59,747 nt of DNA from Candidatus Moraniibacteriota bacterium (GCA_002747515.1 PDPP01000020.1:1-59747), one strand, 5' to 3'; numbered from the stretch's first letter, positions 48,149-58,051 are shown. Notes: generated by a model not told the origin, from the sequence alone. A program made the numbers and translations.

Positions 48149-49606
48149 CTACTGCACCCAGTGTTTCTTTTTGAATTGTGCATCGTCTTCTTTGCGCTTT
48201 TCTGCGATTTTTTCTTGTGCGAGATGTTGCAGGGTGGTGAGGTTTTCATTTTTGAGTGCATGTGCACGTTCTGAGAGGTGTGCGAGTGTGTTTTTTGTCG
48301 GGTCTTCGATGACTTCAGCGAGGAGCACATCGAGTACAGCGCCAATTTGTGGTCCGGGTGCGAAATCGAGATCTTTAATCATGATATTTCCGTTAAGTTT
48401 GAGCATTTTAACACTCACAGGATCATTGGATACTTTGTCTACCATGTATTCGAAGTGTCGTAATTTATATGGCTTTGCTTTTGCTACACCTGAACCAAGT
48501 CTGTCTCCAATGCGTACATCCATAAGATCTTTCATGTTTTCAATGCCTACTTTTTTTATGATGCGACGTACAGCTGTTTCTGTGACCTCATCGACATTGT
48601 AATAGAACATGTGATTGCGGACGAGAAGGACTGTTTTATCTATAATTTTTTTTGGAAAACGCATTCTTTTCATGAGATTTTTTGTGAGACGTGCACTGAT
48701 GTATTCATGATTATAAAAAGTACAATCACGTCCCTTGCCTTTTTTTGATTCTGGTTTTCCAATGTCATGAAAAAGTGTTGCGAGACGCACTTCTAATTTA
48801 TTGCTTGGACAATTTTGTAGTGAAAGGAGATTATGATCCCAGACAGTTAGTGTATGGTGGTGATTTTGTTCGACACCAATGCCAATTTCAAGTTCTGGTA
48901 AAAAATGTGTGAGCAGTCCTGTGTCATGAAGTGTATCTATACCATGAGCAGGGTGGTGACTTTTAACAATATGTATAAATTCATCACGAATACGCTCCAT
49001 TGAAACATGTGTGAGAAGAGTGTTTTTTTCTGAGATTGCTTTGAAGGTTTTTTCTTCGATTGTGAAATGAAGCTCAGCAGCAAAACGTACTGCACGCATC
49101 ATGCGAAGTGCATCTTCATCAAAACGTTCAAATGGATTACCAACGGCACGAATTATTTTTTTTTCAATATCTGCTTGACCGCCAAATGGATCAATTAAAT
49201 TATTATTTACATCAAGTGCAAGAGCATTCATTGTAAAATCTCTACGGGAAAGATCTTCTTCAAGTGTCTCAGAAAACTGCACTTCGTCAGGGCGACGTCG
49301 GTCAGAATAAGTAGATTCAATACGATATGTTGTTACTTCTATAACATCATGTTCTCTATCGGATTTACCAAATGGGAGAAATGGTTTCACTTTTACTCCA
49401 ACAGTGCCAAAATTATTTTCATAAAAACTGTCAGGAAAAATTTCTTGCACTTTTTCAGGTCGTGCGTTTGTTGTGATATCCCAATCTTTTGGATTGCGAT
49501 TTAGCGTGAGGTCACGTACACAACCGCCAACAATGTATGCATCAAAGCCAGCATTATTTAATGCTGTAAGTACGTCTTTTACTTCTTGTGGTATTTTTGT
49601 AATCAT
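48149..49606 (-). CDS. cca: CCA tRNA nucleotidyltransferase with HD domain
   Basis: VGGCVRD, DWDITT, RRDFTMNA, EDALRMMRAVRF, FHDIGKP. Confidence 0.9.
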   Translation of the reverse strand: MITKIPQEVKDVLTALNNAGFDAYIVGGCVRDLTLNRNPKDWDITTNARPEKVQEIFPDSFYENNFGTVGVKVKPFLPFGKSDREHDVIEVTTYRIESTYSDRRRPDEVQFSETLEEDLSRRDFTMNALALDVNNNLIDPFGGQADIEKKIIRAVGNPFERFDEDALRMMRAVRFAAELHFTIEEKTFKAISEKNTLLTHVSMERIRDEFIHIVKSHHPAHGIDTLHDTGLLTHFLPELEIGIGVEQNHHHTLTVWDHNLLSLQNCPSNKLEVRLATLFHDIGKPESKKGKGRDCTFYNHEYISARLTKNLMKRMRFPKKIIDKTVLLVRNHMFYYNVDEVTETAVRRIIKKVGIENMKDLMDVRIGDRLGSGVAKAKPYKLRHFEYMVDKVSNDPVSVKMLKLNGNIMIKDLDFAPGPQIGAVLDVLLAEVIEDPTKNTLAHLSERAHALKNENLTTLQHLAQEKIAEKRKEDDAQFKKKHWVQ

Positions 49607-49879
49607 ATGTTATGTATAATAGCGTAAAAATGGGATAAAAGCTATATTTTTATGGCATTATACATTTTTTATATAATGTCACAAAAAAATACAAGTGTAT
49701 TTTTTTGTGAATTGATTTTAATTAAAAAATAATACCCGAGCTATTGACTTATTTTGTAGTATGATATACGATAGATTATCGCAACTTAACAATATAAGCT
49801 CACACAAAAAAAGGAGGTTAATAAAAATTACGTGAGCAAAAGAAGGAAAAAATAAAATTCAAACTGATGGAGAAAGACA

Positions 49880-50479
49880 GTGAGAAAAATTAACGTTTTA
49901 CTTTTAAGTGCAGTCTTTGTTTTTTTGGCTCAATCTGCACAAGCAATCGGGTTTGATTTTTTCAGTAGTGAAGAAATCTTTTTTGAGAATATTGAAGAAG
50001 AGGCTGAATACGAATCCAGTTTTGGTCTCTTTGACATGAATAATCCACAGAATACCTTTGAGGTGTTTTCGTGGACGGAAGAGGTTGGTGCACAGCGTCT
50101 TGTTTCAGCTGCGGAGTGGACACCACTAAAGACAGGATTTGGCCTGTATTATGACGTGCACACAGGCGGAATCAATGATTTCTCTGCTGACTATAGATGG
50201 TTTTCTAACAGCTCTTTAAATCAAAGATCTGATGGAACGCCTTTTGATGTCGGAGAGGAGCACGTTCGTGTGAGTCTAGAAAGTAAAAATTTGTTGCTTT
50301 CCTTTTTAGACGACCAGATCACATCGTATACAACAGACAGAGATTATACGGATATGACTGTTGCAGTAATATCAAAAGATATTCAGACGATTGCTCCAGT
50401 ACCAGAACCTACAACTATCCTGTTGTTTGGAACTGGTCTTGCAGGACTTGCAGCTGTAAGTCGTAGGAAACGCAAATAA
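49880..50479 (+). CDS. PEP-CTERM sorting-domain protein
   Basis: Signal peptide (AQA) and C-terminal PVPEPTTILLFGTGLAGLAAVSRRKRK. Confidence 0.85.
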   Translation: MRKINVLLLSAVFVFLAQSAQAIGFDFFSSEEIFFENIEEEAEYESSFGLFDMNNPQNTFEVFSWTEEVGAQRLVSAAEWTPLKTGFGLYYDVHTGGINDFSADYRWFSNSSLNQRSDGTPFDVGEEHVRVSLESKNLLLSFLDDQITSYTTDRDYTDMTVAVISKDIQTIAPVPEPTTILLFGTGLAGLAAVSRRKRK

Positions 50480-50508
50480 TTCTAAAAAGACTAGTCTGTA
50501 GAATTACT

Positions 50509-50542
50509 AAGTCTGATATGTAATACATATCAGACTTTTTTT
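50509..50542 (+). terminator. Intrinsic terminator
   Basis: AAGTCTGATATGTA-A-TACATATCAGACTT plus T tract. Confidence 0.7.
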
Positions 50543-50602
50543 CTTGACAAAATATAGTTTTGGGTATATATTCATATTATAATTATATAATACATAAAAT
50601 AT

Positions 50603-50788
50603 ATGCCACAAAAAGATGGTACAGGACCACAAGGAAAGGGTCCACGAACTGGGCGTGCTATGGGTACATGCAGTTCAAAAAAGGAAAATGTTCAGAAACA
50701 AAATGAACAACCATCCCAATCACCAAGAGATGGACGTGGTGCAGGGAAGGGCTGCAGTCGTGGATACAGAGTACGAAATAATTTTTAA
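50603..50788 (+). CDS. DUF5320-family small protein
   Basis: MPQKDGTGPQGKGPRTGRAMGTC. Confidence 0.8.
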   Translation: MPQKDGTGPQGKGPRTGRAMGTCSSKKENVQKQNEQPSQSPRDGRGAGKGCSRGYRVRNNF

Positions 50789-50806
50789 CTTTCTCGTATT
50801 CAAACT

Positions 50807-51085
50807 ATGCCACGACCACGTAAACGACGATGTATTCGCAGTGTACCGAAAGCGTTTTTTTATAAGCCACACGGCGTGTCACTGCGTCAGTTAGAAATTG
50901 TCGAGTTGTCTTTGGATGAATATGAGGCACTCCGATTGAAAAATGTAGAACAACTAGACCAAACAACATGTGCACAACACATGAACATCTCCCAAAGTAC
51001 ATTTCAGCGGATCCTCACTGTCGCCATGCAAAAAGTCAGCACAGCAATTGTCCAAGGCAAAGCAATTCGCATCGCACAAAAATAA
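50807..51085 (+). CDS. DUF134 (UPF0251) HTH protein
   Basis: MPRPRKRRCI, DEYEALRL, MNISQSTFQRIL, VQGKAIRI. Confidence 0.92.
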   Translation: MPRPRKRRCIRSVPKAFFYKPHGVSLRQLEIVELSLDEYEALRLKNVEQLDQTTCAQHMNISQSTFQRILTVAMQKVSTAIVQGKAIRIAQK

Positions 51086-51119
51086 AAAACACCGTTTTGT
51101 AACGGTGTTTTTTTGGTGA
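51084..51119. repeat. 36-bp direct repeat, copy 1 (bidirectional terminator)
   Basis: AAAAAACACCGTTTTGTAACGGTGTTTTTTTGGTGA, identical to 52438-52473. Confidence 0.9.
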
Positions 51120-51303
51120 CGGATTTTGATGGCATGTTTAAAAAATACACAATATTTTTTTAATAATGAATGTTTGTTTTTTGTTGACAATGAAACAATC
51201 TCAAGTTACTTTTTAATAAAGTAATTTTTTAACGCAGGTTTTTGAAAGAGGAGAAAATATTTAGCGTTATCCTTTTGATTCCTAAAGAATAAAATCAAAA
51301 TTT

Positions 51304-52419
51304 ATGTATATTATCGATAAAGATGAGAATAAGTTGAATGAGGTAAATGTTGTGACTTTTGCTGAGGCGGGTTTTAAAGAGCGAAAAAATTTGCAAGAAT
51401 GGATTGCAAAAGATCCAACATGTCTTGGAGAAGAATTATTGATTATTCAAAAAGAATTTTCCGGTTTTGACGAAACAAAAGAAAGGCTGGATTTGCTGGC
51501 TTTGGACAAATCTGGCAATCTCGTGATTATTGAAAATAAGCTTGATAGCACGGGAAAAGATGTGGTGTGGCAAGCGCTGAAATATGTTTCATATTGTTCC
51601 AGTTTATCAGTGGAAGATATCGAAAATATTTATGAAGAATATCTTGGAAAGATTAATTCTAAAGATGATGCAAAGGAGATGCTCTCAGATTTTTTTGACG
51701 GAGAGGAATATGAAGAGAAAATTAATATTGGATACTCTCAAAGGATGATTTTGGTTTCTGGTAATTATCGAAAAGAAGTCACATCAACCGTAATATGGCT
51801 ATTGAATAATGGAATTGATGTAACGTGTTTTAAAGCAACACCATATAAGATAGGGGAAAATTATGTCATTGATTTTAGGCAAATTATTCCCCTTAAAGAT
51901 GCGGAAGAATATATCATTAAAATTGCAGAAAAACAAAAAAAAGAAACCTTAAATCAAAGGGTTCGTGGTTCACAACAGGAAAAGATGAAGGTATTTTGGA
52001 GTGAATTTTTAGAGGCGTCAAGTAAATTAGAACAGACAAAACACTTAACCGAAAACTTAACTGCAAGGCCTGCAACGTGGATTTCGGTTAGTTTGGGCAA
52101 ACAGGGCATAACACTTAATCTTGTTGTTTCTGGAAAATATGCTCGTGCTGAAATATATATTACTTGTGGTGATAGAGATATAAACAAAAGAATTTTTGAT
52201 ACTTTTGAAAAAGAAAAAGAAAAAATAGAACAGGAAGTTGGATTTAATCTTACATGGGAAAGGATGGACAACAAGGTAACGTCACGCATTAAAAGAGAAA
52301 ATAATACATTAAGTGTTTACAAAAAAGAAGATTATCCAGAAGCAATAGAGTTTTTGCTCGAGAGCTTGGAAAAAATGCAACCAGTTTTTGCAAAATATGT
52401 AGAAAAACTCGATATATAA
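51304..52419 (+). CDS. PD-(D/E)xK nuclease (NucS/DUF91-like) fused to DUF4268
   Basis: ERKNLQEWI, RLDLLALD..GNLVIIENK, QALKY; C-terminal FWSEF..WERMD. Confidence 0.8.
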   Translation: MYIIDKDENKLNEVNVVTFAEAGFKERKNLQEWIAKDPTCLGEELLIIQKEFSGFDETKERLDLLALDKSGNLVIIENKLDSTGKDVVWQALKYVSYCSSLSVEDIENIYEEYLGKINSKDDAKEMLSDFFDGEEYEEKINIGYSQRMILVSGNYRKEVTSTVIWLLNNGIDVTCFKATPYKIGENYVIDFRQIIPLKDAEEYIIKIAEKQKKETLNQRVRGSQQEKMKVFWSEFLEASSKLEQTKHLTENLTARPATWISVSLGKQGITLNLVVSGKYARAEIYITCGDRDINKRIFDTFEKEKEKIEQEVGFNLTWERMDNKVTSRIKRENNTLSVYKKEDYPEAIEFLLESLEKMQPVFAKYVEKLDI

Positions 52420-52437
52420 TTAAAATACACATTTTGC

Positions 52438-52473
52438 AAAAAACACCGTTTTGTAACGGTGTTTTTTTGGTGA
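52438..52473. repeat. 36-bp direct repeat, copy 2 (infB terminator)
   Basis: Identical to 51084-51119. Confidence 0.9.
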
Positions 52474-52475
52474 TG

Positions 52476-54242
52476 CTATAACTCTTTTTCTTTGGTGATT
52501 TCAGTGTAGATTTTGAGTGTGTCGCCGACTTTGATTTTGGTTTCGCCGGCAAATGTCATGCCGCATTCTTGGTCTTTTTTCACTTCGTCGATGTCGACTT
52601 TGTTGTGTTGGAGGTTGGTGAGGTCACCGATGCCGATCGGTTCGTCACTGTTCCGGTAGACGGCGATTTTGGCGTTTTTTGCGACGACTTTTCCATCAGT
52701 GACACGTCCGCCGATAATCATTTTGTTTTTTTCTGTGCGAAAAATACCTAGCACTTCCAATGTCCCAACATTGGTGCGTTCAATTTCTTCTGGTAGCAGT
52801 GCGAGAAGTTGACTTTTGATGTCATCGACGAGTTCATAGATCACTTTGTATGTTTTGACGGTGATATCTGCATCATCTGCCATGCGACTTGCGACAGAAC
52901 TGGTGACGACATTGAATCCATAAATCACTGCATCGGCACTTTCTGCCATTTTGATATCTGATTCTGTGATATTTCCCACGCCAGTGTCAATATAGTTGAT
53001 GGCAACTTTTTGTTGTGGGATAGTGTCGAGAATTTGCTCGATGGCTTCGATAGATCCTTGTACGTCGGATTTGATAATGATGTTGAATTTTGGGATGCCG
53101 TCATTGTCGTTGATACTTTTAACTTGTTTTTTATCGCCGGTGAGACGCATCGCAACTTCTTGTGATTTGAGGCGTGCGCTTCTTTTGGCGTTGGCAACTT
53201 GGATGATGTCGTTGGTCTCTGCAGTGTCGACGAGTCCAAAAATCGTAACCGGTGTCGATGGCGGGGCTTTTTCAATCGCGTGTCCACGGTGGTCTTCCAT
53301 GCGGCGGATGCGTCCATAGGTTTTACCGGCATTGACGTCTTGTCCGACTTTGAGTGTACCGGTTTTGACGACGACGGTGGCGACAGGTCCTTTTTGCTCG
53401 TCTTTGTGTGATTCGAGGACGACTGCGAGACCGTCACGTTTTTCGTTGGCTTTGAAATCTTCCACTTCGGCAAGGAGAAGAATACTCTCGAGCAAATCAG
53501 TAATGCCGATATTGTTTTTTGCGCTAATCTCGTTGCACATCACTGTGCCACCCCATTGTTCGATGAGGATTTCGTGTTCGGCGAGTTCTTGTTTGACGCG
53601 CTCTGGGTTGGCATTTGGTTTGTCGATTTTGTTGACAGCGACAATTGTCGGAATCTTTTTTTCTTTCAAATACGTGATGACTTCTTTTGTTTGCGGGCGC
53701 ACACCGTCATCCGCTGCAACGACGAGAATGGCAATGTCGGCAATTGAGACACCACGCTCGCGCATCGCCGCAAATGCTTCGTGTCCTGGTGTGTCGATAA
53801 ATGTGATATTTTTACCACGTTTGCGTGTTTGATAGGCGCTGATGTGTTGTGTAATGCCACCAGATTCACCACTAGCAACAGATGCTTTGCGAATCGTATC
53901 GAGCAATGTCGTCTTGCCATGATCAACGTGTCCGAGGATGGTTACAATTGGTGAGCGTGGCGCGAGTTTTTCGTCTGACTGACCTTCTTTTGCACAAATA
54001 TCGAGGAGTTTTTCCAGTGTAATCATCTCATCATCAGCCACTTCTAAATCTTCCAGAGCGCTGTAGCCGAGATCTTCTGCGATGATTGCGGCAGTATCAA
54101 AATCAATTTCTTCATTGATGGTTGCCATGATGCCGTTTTTCATCAGCTCGGCGATAAGGTCCGTTGCAGGCATATCCAAAATCTCTGCAAATTTCTTTAC
54201 AGTGATTGTTGTTGGAATTTTTATGTTTTTTTGATCTGTCAT
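52476..54242 (-). CDS. infB: Translation initiation factor IF-2 (short form)
   Basis: GHVDHGKTTLLD, GGITQHI, DTPGHEAF, NKID, KSDVQGSIEA. Confidence 0.98.
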   Translation of the reverse strand: MTDQKNIKIPTTITVKKFAEILDMPATDLIAELMKNGIMATINEEIDFDTAAIIAEDLGYSALEDLEVADDEMITLEKLLDICAKEGQSDEKLAPRSPIVTILGHVDHGKTTLLDTIRKASVASGESGGITQHISAYQTRKRGKNITFIDTPGHEAFAAMRERGVSIADIAILVVAADDGVRPQTKEVITYLKEKKIPTIVAVNKIDKPNANPERVKQELAEHEILIEQWGGTVMCNEISAKNNIGITDLLESILLLAEVEDFKANEKRDGLAVVLESHKDEQKGPVATVVVKTGTLKVGQDVNAGKTYGRIRRMEDHRGHAIEKAPPSTPVTIFGLVDTAETNDIIQVANAKRSARLKSQEVAMRLTGDKKQVKSINDNDGIPKFNIIIKSDVQGSIEAIEQILDTIPQQKVAINYIDTGVGNITESDIKMAESADAVIYGFNVVTSSVASRMADDADITVKTYKVIYELVDDIKSQLLALLPEEIERTNVGTLEVLGIFRTEKNKMIIGGRVTDGKVVAKNAKIAVYRNSDEPIGIGDLTNLQHNKVDIDEVKKDQECGMTFAGETKIKVGDTLKIYTEITKEKEL

Positions 54243-54273
54243 GATGTGTAGTGTATATTAAACGGTGAATTAA

Positions 54274-54768
54274 TTAGCGTGCTTGAAAAATAGCATCTTG
54301 TTCTTCTTGTGTGAGTGCGTGTTTGACAGTTTTGCCTTTGCAAATATCTTTTGCGTAGATGCGTGTGCCTTCACGTGTGTGAAATGACGAGACGACAATG
54401 CCGGTATCTGTGCTATCAAGTAGTGCAAGTGCAAAACTCTGATTGCCACTCCCTTCGCCAAACGGATCAAAACGCAGTAGGGACACTTTATTGAGACCTT
54501 TGTGCGCTTGCTTGTGAATGGTGTTTGAAATTGCGAACAATTCTTGAATTTCGCCATCGAACTCTTCAATGCGCTTGGCGTTGTCCATGATGACATCTTC
54601 GAGGTCTGTGGCTTTTTTGCCAGCAAAAAGTGTATCGAGTGTGTCACGCATGGTGCGCGTACGCTTCAGAGTGATGAGTGCTATCACAAGTGCAGTGATT
54701 GTGAGGATGCACGTGATGATTGTTAGTATTGCAAGCGCTGCAATATGTGATGAGAAAAATTCTGACAT
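54274..54768 (-). CDS. DUF4446 protein
   Basis: N-terminal TM; RFDPF...GNQSFALALLD, GTRIYAK, LTQEE. Confidence 0.85.
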   Translation of the reverse strand: MSEFFSSHIAALAILTIITCILTITALVIALITLKRTRTMRDTLDTLFAGKKATDLEDVIMDNAKRIEEFDGEIQELFAISNTIHKQAHKGLNKVSLLRFDPFGEGSGNQSFALALLDSTDTGIVVSSFHTREGTRIYAKDICKGKTVKHALTQEEQDAIFQAR

Positions 54769-54855
54769 AAAAGTTAAACACAATTATAGGGAAGAATATC
54801 ACCAAAATGGTATTTTGTAAAGAAAAAAATGATTTTTTTGGGCTTTTGTGTGTTT

Positions 54856-55617
54856 CTATTTTTGTGTATAGAGTTTGTCGAGGTATTGCCAGAATGCGAC
54901 ACCACCACCAATCTCACCGACGCATTCTGCTGCTTCTGCTTTAGTGCGTGCATATGGATGTGAGCTATCAACTGGCATGTGACGGAAGACCCAGCGGACA
55001 TCATCTGCATAATCAGCTCGCATGTGTGCAGTCGCCGCATGAAATTTTTTGCAGTATGGACAATCAATGTCAGAATATTCGATTATTGTGATGCGTGCAT
55101 CGTCATTTCCAATAACCCAATCATTCTCATTTACAGGCGTAACATCTCTTTCTGCACTGACATCTTTTGCACGTGGGTTATTTCCAGCGAGGAGATCATC
55201 AAAAAATGTGCGCATCTCAAATTCTTCGTATGCACCGGGAATTTCATACAATGCATCGTCGATGAGCACAAAGCTGTGTGGCGTACCTGTGACGCCAGTT
55301 TTTCGCGCATCATCAATATGGTTTTGAACAACGTCCTTGTGCCGTCTCTCTGACATACATGCAGAGAAATCTTCTCGTGAGATTTCTAATTCTGTAGCGA
55401 GGTCTCCAAGTGATATATCAATAGAAACACTTTCCTCTTCAGAAGACTCCTTATTTGAAATGTTTGTTGCTTTGATATGCTTTGATGTTTTTTGATTAAA
55501 TGTAATTTTTTCAGTAACTGTAAAAATTAGTAACATAAAAAGAATGAAAGTGAGTGCACACATAAATCCAAACCAAAAAGAGTGCCAATGTGTTTTATGT
55601 GTTTTTTTGTTTGTCAT
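54856..55617 (-). CDS. Membrane-anchored DsbA-family oxidoreductase, circularly permuted
   Basis: GVTGTP precedes EYSDIDCPYC and WVFRHMP..HPYA..AEAAEC. Confidence 0.85.
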   Translation of the reverse strand: MTNKKTHKTHWHSFWFGFMCALTFILFMLLIFTVTEKITFNQKTSKHIKATNISNKESSEEESVSIDISLGDLATELEISREDFSACMSERRHKDVVQNHIDDARKTGVTGTPHSFVLIDDALYEIPGAYEEFEMRTFFDDLLAGNNPRAKDVSAERDVTPVNENDWVIGNDDARITIIEYSDIDCPYCKKFHAATAHMRADYADDVRWVFRHMPVDSSHPYARTKAEAAECVGEIGGGVAFWQYLDKLYTQK

Positions 55618-55856
55618 ATTTTTATATTTAGTGATATATTTTTTATTACATTTTTTATAGTGTACGTATTTTATGCTGAATGTGCAAGAATTATTTGATG
55701 TATTAGACAAAAAGACTAATAGATATGTAAGATGTGAGTGTGACTATGAATTATAAGGAGATATGTGGTATTATCACTTTATATCACAAACGTGTAATAT
55801 TTGTTTATACATTAATATATTATTTATTGATTACTAATTTCTAATTTATCAGAAAA

Positions 55857-56561
55857 ATGATTTCTCAATTTAGCACAAAACTAATTTCAAAAGAAGTTAT
55901 CGCAGAAGATACATATCAATTTACATTTGAAAAACCAGATGATTTTAGTTTTCTTGCTGGTCAATATGTATTTTTGGATTTTACAGAGCCAGAACATACA
56001 GACGATCGTCCAACGATGCGTGCAATGTCAATTGCTTCTGCACCACAAGAAGATTTTCTTATGTTTATTATGCGTAAAAGTGACAGTGCATTTAAGAAAA
56101 ATATTATAGCAATGAAAGTAGGTGATAAAATTTTAGTAAAAGGACCAATCGGTCATATTGCTTTGCCAACTGATGTACATCAACGGATCGCATTTATCAT
56201 CTCTGGTGTTGGTATTTCAGCAGCACGTTCTATGATTAAACATGAAGAAATCATTGATTCGCCACGTAATATAAAATTACTGTATTCTAGTCGTACAAAA
56301 GATTCAATTGCACTGAAAGATGAGATGGATCATATGACGTTGAGTAATTATGAGATTATTCATACGTTGACACGTGAAGGTGGTGAGTGGAGTGGAGAAG
56401 AAGGGCGTATTAATCGTGAAATGATCGAGAAGTATATTGACGATACTAAAAATACCGTGTATTATGTTGTAGGTGCAGGTGCATTCATTGAATCCATGAA
56501 AGAAATTCTCGAAGAGATGGGTATCAATAAACTCAATGTACATTTTGACAATTTTGGATAA
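55857..56561 (+). CDS. FNR-type FAD/NAD(P)H oxidoreductase
   Basis: FLAGQY, RAMSIASAP, GPIG, SGVGI, terminal FDNFG. Confidence 0.88.
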   Translation: MISQFSTKLISKEVIAEDTYQFTFEKPDDFSFLAGQYVFLDFTEPEHTDDRPTMRAMSIASAPQEDFLMFIMRKSDSAFKKNIIAMKVGDKILVKGPIGHIALPTDVHQRIAFIISGVGISAARSMIKHEEIIDSPRNIKLLYSSRTKDSIALKDEMDHMTLSNYEIIHTLTREGGEWSGEEGRINREMIEKYIDDTKNTVYYVVGAGAFIESMKEILEEMGINKLNVHFDNFG

Positions 56562-56567
56562 GGCATT

Positions 56568-56831
56568 ATGTGGTATGTTTATGTTTTGGAGAGCCAAAAG
56601 AATGGAAACCTGTATAAAGGATTTTGTAAAGACTTAAAAAAGAGAGTTTTGCAACATAATGCTGGGGAAACATATTCAACAAAAAGTGGTGTGCCCTGGA
56701 ATTTGATTTATTATGAAGCATTTATAGATAAAGATGATGCAATAGTGCGAGAGAAATATTTGAAAACCGGATGGGGACGACGTTCTTTGCAAAAAATGCT
56801 TCACAATTATTTTAAAAATACAAAAGAGTGA
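56568..56831 (+). CDS. Small GIY-YIG nuclease
   Basis: YVYVL..LYKG..DLKKRVLQHN, YYEAF..A..REKYLKTGWGR. Confidence 0.9.
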   Translation: MWYVYVLESQKNGNLYKGFCKDLKKRVLQHNAGETYSTKSGVPWNLIYYEAFIDKDDAIVREKYLKTGWGRRSLQKMLHNYFKNTKE

Positions 56832-56897
56832 CTTGCACAAAATGTGATGTGCAGGCGCGCCTGCCAAAGTTTTTTACAAAGTAAAAAATTTCGGCAG

Positions 56898-56970
56898 GCG
56901 GGTGTCGTATAGTGGCTTATTATATCAGCCTTCCAAGCTGAGGACGAGGGTTCGATTCCCTTCACCCGCT
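56898..56970 (+). tRNA. tRNA-Gly(UCC), CCA not encoded
   Basis: Acceptor GCGGGTG/CACCCGC, anticodon arm TCAGC-CTTCCAA-GCTGA, T arm GAGGG-TTCGATT-CCCTT, U discriminator. Confidence 0.96.
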
Positions 56971-57030
56971 CAAAAACAAACAAAAAGACTTCTTGTAAAA
57001 GGGGTCTTTTTGTATTTTAAAAATTTGTTA

Positions 57031-58051
57031 TATCCAAGGACATTTGGCCTCAAATTAATTAACTATTTTCAACATATCATTAGGTGTTTTACCGTGCAAG
57101 GAACAATGCTCTAAATTATTGTAATACGTATTCCATATACGTATTTTCTTTTTAAGATCTGAAAAATCTTTAAAAATATTTTTTTGATAAAACTTTTCTT
57201 CATCTTCTCTATGAGATCTTTCCACAGTACCATTTTGTGCAGGTTTCCCTTTATCAATGAGATAATGGATGATATTGTGCGTAGCACAATATTGATCCAA
57301 TCCATGTAATCTTTTTACAGTCATATTACTTCTTTTATTTGTTCCTACATAGTAATTTGTAAAAGTTGCATGATTATCGGTTTTAATCGCTTTGATTTCA
57401 TAAGGAAATATCTTTCTTATGATTTTAAGAAATGCAATACTGTGTGTTGTTGTTTCTTCATCAAATATTTCTAGATGTCTCCATCTACTAGCAGTATCAA
57501 TAGCAGTATATTGATAGTACTTTTTACCTAAAATACGTCCAGGAACGTGTTTTACGTCAATTTCAACAAGTTCTCCGGGTTTTCTTTTAGCCCTCATATA
57601 TTTATACTTTACTTTCTTTTTTCTATATTTTCTTACCAAACCAGCATCTTTAATGATTTTTGAGATTGTACTAGTCGGTACATCAAGATTTTTTTCACTA
57701 ATTAATCTCCAGTGCAATTTCATTGCACATAATCCAGTTTCTTTTCGTAAAGAAATCACTTCTTCTTTAATGCAAATAGGTGTTTCATTTGGTTGTGTAT
57801 GCGGTTGTGTACTTTTCGGTTCTAATCCAGCTTCTCCATATTTTATATACAAAGCTTTCCATCTTTTTAAACTTCTTTCACTATACGGACATATTTTTAC
57901 AACATCACATAATCTTATTTGTTTGTTTACGATGGGTAAAACCCATCGTAAACGCTCTTCTTTTACATTTTTCGCCATACTAATACTCATATTACCTAGT
58001 ATGAATAGTAAACTATTCATAATAGCAGAAAGGGCCAAATGTGTTTAGACA
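57031..58051 (-). mobile_element. IS481-like insertion sequence (~1.0 kb)
   Basis: Imperfect 20-bp terminal inverted repeats (TATCCAAGGACATTTGGCCT vs reverse complement TGTCTAAACACATTTGGCCC, 15/20); TTA on both flanks. Confidence 0.75.
57055..57990 (-). CDS. DDE (rve integrase core) transposase
   Basis: HTH N-terminus; EIDVK, YTAID..SR, KTDN, QNGTVERSHR, YN...H.SL.GKTP. Confidence 0.9.
   Translation of the reverse strand: MSISMAKNVKEERLRWVLPIVNKQIRLCDVVKICPYSERSLKRWKALYIKYGEAGLEPKSTQPHTQPNETPICIKEEVISLRKETGLCAMKLHWRLISEKNLDVPTSTISKIIKDAGLVRKYRKKKVKYKYMRAKRKPGELVEIDVKHVPGRILGKKYYQYTAIDTASRWRHLEIFDEETTTHSIAFLKIIRKIFPYEIKAIKTDNHATFTNYYVGTNKRSNMTVKRLHGLDQYCATHNIIHYLIDKGKPAQNGTVERSHREDEEKFYQKNIFKDFSDLKKKIRIWNTYYNNLEHCSLHGKTPNDMLKIVN

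Noticed and set aside
49832-49883. 16-codon uORF overlapping the PEP-CTERM start
   Set aside because: Nearest AGGAGG is about 14 nt from its GTG; too short and unsupported.
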